From Solirubrobacterales bacterium (GTDB lineage: Bacteria > Actinomycetota > Thermoleophilia > Solirubrobacterales > Solirubrobacteraceae): 52,519 nt of DNA. Under the pieces are notes generated by a model. That model ran no database searches and was not told the DNA's origin. It was given only the letters and a program-made list of their open reading frames with translations. Each line of letters starts with the position of its first letter. Position 1 is the first letter of the stretch. Of this stretch, positions 50,701 through 52,519 are shown one piece after another. The position numbers and the translations under genes were made by a program. The stretch lies in NCBI GenBank assembly GCA_025963905.1, contig JAOPZW010000375.1:1-52519 (forward strand). Direction: 5' to 3'.

Positions 50701-52446
50701 ATGACCACTACCCGCGAGGCCATCGACCAGGCCCTGCGCGCCCCGACGCTCGTCGCCGCCTTCCAGACGATCGCGCCCGCGTTCGGCGACACCGTGGCGC
50801 TGCGCACCCACGACGACGCCGAAGTCGTGACCTGGGCGCAATACGCCCGACGTGTAGAACAAGCGGCGGCGGGCCTGCACGCCCTTGGCGTCCGCGCCGG
50901 CGACCCTGTCGCGCTCCTGATCCGCAACCGCCCGCTCTTTCACATCGTCGACGCCGCCGCCCTGCACCTCGGCGCGATTCCCTTCAGCCTCTACCACACC
51001 GAGCCGGTCGAGAAGTTGTCCGCCTTGGTCGCCGACGCGGGCGCGCGGTTCCTGGTCTCCGAAGAGCACTTCGGCGACCACGTCCGCGCGGTCCAGGCGA
51101 CCACGCCGACGCTGGAGCACCTGATCCTCGACGTCGAGCGCGAGCTCGAGGAGCTGGACGACGAGCCCGACTTCGACTTCACCGCGACCTGGCGCGCTGT
51201 GACGCCCGAGCACGTCGCGACCCTCGTCCACACCTCCGGCACGACCGGCGCGTCCAAGGCGGTGCAGATCCCGCACCGCGCGGTCATGAGCGGCGCGTCG
51301 GGCTCCGAGGCGCTGGCGCCGACGACGCCGGGGCAGACGACGGTCTCGTTCCTGCCCAACGCCCACATCTCGGACCGCTTCATCTGCCACTACTCGACGA
51401 TGGTGCTCGGCGGGACGATCACCTGCGTCCCGGACCACGAGGACCTGTGGGACGCGATCGCGCAGACCAGGCCCACCCGCTTCCATGGCGTCCCGCGGAC
51501 GTTCGAGAAGCTCGCGGAGCGCGCCAAGGCCTACATGAACGACCGGCCCGAGCTCCAACAGGCTGTCGAAACCGACCTCGCGCGCGTCCGTGCCGAGCAG
51601 TCCGGTGAGCCCGTCGCGGATCCGGAGCGGGCCGCAGCCGCCGACCAAGCGCTGCAAGAAGTCCGCGAGCACCTCGGCCTCGACCGCGTCGAGTGGCTCT
51701 CGGTCGCCGCGGCGCCGAGCGCCTACGCGATGCTCGAGTACCACCACGCGCTCGGCCTGCCGCTCGCCGAGCTCTGGGGGATGACCGAGTTCATGATGGC
51801 GATCATGAACCCGCCGGCCAAGATCAAGCTCGGGACCGTCGGCGTGCCGCTGCCGCAGGTCGAGGCGCGCGTGGCCGAGGACGGCGAGCTGCTGCTGCGC
51901 GGGCCCAACGCGTGCGCGGGCTACCGCAACGACCCGGTCAAGACCGCCGAGATGCTCGACGCCGAGGGCTGGGTGCACTCCGGCGACCTCGCCGCCGCCG
52001 ACGAGGACGGCTACCTGCGGATCGTCGGGCGCAAGAAGGAGCAGATGATCAACTCGTCGGGCAAGAACTTGACGCCCGCGAAGATCGAGGCCGCGATCCT
52101 GGAGGCTTCGCCGCTGCTCGGCTGGGTCGTCGCGATCGGCGACCGCCGCCGCTTCGTCTCCGCGCTCGTGGTCCTCGACGACGAGGCGCTCACGACCTTC
52201 GCCGCCGACAACGGCCTGACCGGTACCGTCGAGGAGCTCGCGACCGAACCCCAAGTCATCGCGGAAGTCGAGCGCGCCGTCGCCACCGGCAACGAGCACC
52301 TCTCGCGCGTCGAGCGGGTGCGGGCCTGGACCGTCCTGCCGACGCACTGGAGCGCGGGCGGCGAGGAGATCACCAACACCCACAAGCTGCGCCGGCGCGT
52401 GATCGACGAGAAGTACGCCGCGGTCATCGAGGAGCACTACCGATGA
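50701..52446 (+). CDS. Long-chain-fatty-acid-CoA ligase (FadD-like AMP-binding enzyme)
   Basis: ATG 50701 follows GGAGA. Contains HTSGTTGASKAV, GWVHSGD, GRKKEQMINSSGKN and the C-terminal NTHKLRRR typical of this clade. Confidence 0.9.
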   Translation: MTTTREAIDQALRAPTLVAAFQTIAPAFGDTVALRTHDDAEVVTWAQYARRVEQAAAGLHALGVRAGDPVALLIRNRPLFHIVDAAALHLGAIPFSLYHTEPVEKLSALVADAGARFLVSEEHFGDHVRAVQATTPTLEHLILDVERELEELDDEPDFDFTATWRAVTPEHVATLVHTSGTTGASKAVQIPHRAVMSGASGSEALAPTTPGQTTVSFLPNAHISDRFICHYSTMVLGGTITCVPDHEDLWDAIAQTRPTRFHGVPRTFEKLAERAKAYMNDRPELQQAVETDLARVRAEQSGEPVADPERAAAADQALQEVREHLGLDRVEWLSVAAAPSAYAMLEYHHALGLPLAELWGMTEFMMAIMNPPAKIKLGTVGVPLPQVEARVAEDGELLLRGPNACAGYRNDPVKTAEMLDAEGWVHSGDLAAADEDGYLRIVGRKKEQMINSSGKNLTPAKIEAAILEASPLLGWVVAIGDRRRFVSALVVLDDEALTTFAADNGLTGTVEELATEPQVIAEVERAVATGNEHLSRVERVRAWTVLPTHWSAGGEEITNTHKLRRRVIDEKYAAVIEEHYR

Positions 52447-52519
52447 GCGGGACCGCCCCGGTCGCCCGCGGCGGGCGCGTCGCGCTCGACGAGGCCGCCC
52501 TGCGCGCGCGCGCCACCGC
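52443..52519 (+). CDS. 5' end of an unidentified CDS (runs off the window)
   Basis: ATGA overlap with the ligase stop. It reads MSGTAPVARGGRVALDEAALRARAT with GC3-rich codons. Too short to assign. Confidence 0.3.
   Translation, partial: MSGTAPVARGGRVALDEAALRARAT

Noticed and set aside
1-52519. CRISPR arrays, tRNA/rRNA genes, prophage or defence-system genes
   Set aside because: I saw no spaced direct-repeat arrays, no cloverleaf-compatible or rRNA-like low-GC segments, and no nuclease, methylase or phage-structural signatures. All long non-shadow ORFs are metabolic, transport or regulatory.

Overview
This is a very GC-rich 52.5-kb segment with Actinomycetota-type coding signatures: G/C-rich third codon positions, many GTG/TTG starts, and frequent 4-nt ATGA/GTGA start-stop overlaps. 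I found no rRNA, tRNA or CRISPR. It reads as a densely packed accessory/catabolic region rich in paralogues: 3 LivJ-type lipoproteins, 4 quinone-oxidoreductase-like MDR genes, 7 SDR genes, 4 crotonases plus 2 MenB-family genes, 3 MaoC-type genes, 3 adenylate-forming CoA ligases and 2 ACAD genes. Left to right the window contains eight blocks. (1) The edge of an IS3-family element, a bona fide menB, and a decayed BcrAD/HgdC-type activase fragment. (2) A ~1000-aa MalT-like ATPase regulator with a C-terminal wHTH+BTAD. It is divergent from a duplicated three-gene module (uncharacterised beta-rich protein + APH-fold ACAD10/11-/LvaA-like kinase + translationally coupled all-helical partner) interleaved with a LivJ-type lipoprotein. 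(3) A GntR regulator plus a pseudo-receiver OmpR-type regulator, a second binding lipoprotein, and an amidase with a GatC/AtzG-like mini-ORF. (4) An orphan B12-binding-domain protein coupled to a third, divergent copy of the beta-rich protein. (5) Acyl-CoA genes (ACADs, HMG-CoA lyase, crotonase, ligase, BadH/BadI-like pair). These are linked by a recurring palindromic operator TAAACGATCGTTCAC that abuts the -10 boxes of apparently leaderless promoters. (6) An FAH + Rieske dioxygenase alpha/beta + extradiol dioxygenase + diol-dehydrogenase-like block with no electron-transfer genes. (7) A ~13-kb tightly coupled operon: third lipoprotein, LivHMGF-type transporter, crotonase, split MaoC hydratase, ACS-like ligase, MaoC, an embedded GAF-PucR regulator, an SDR and two tandem QORs. 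(8) A convergent QOR-crotonase-SDR unit, another SDR and a FadD-like ligase. The best candidate for an undescribed system is the duplicated beta-rich protein/kinase/helical-partner module, together with its third relative fused in an operon to a B12-binding protein. All functional calls come from reading motifs by eye. No database search was run.
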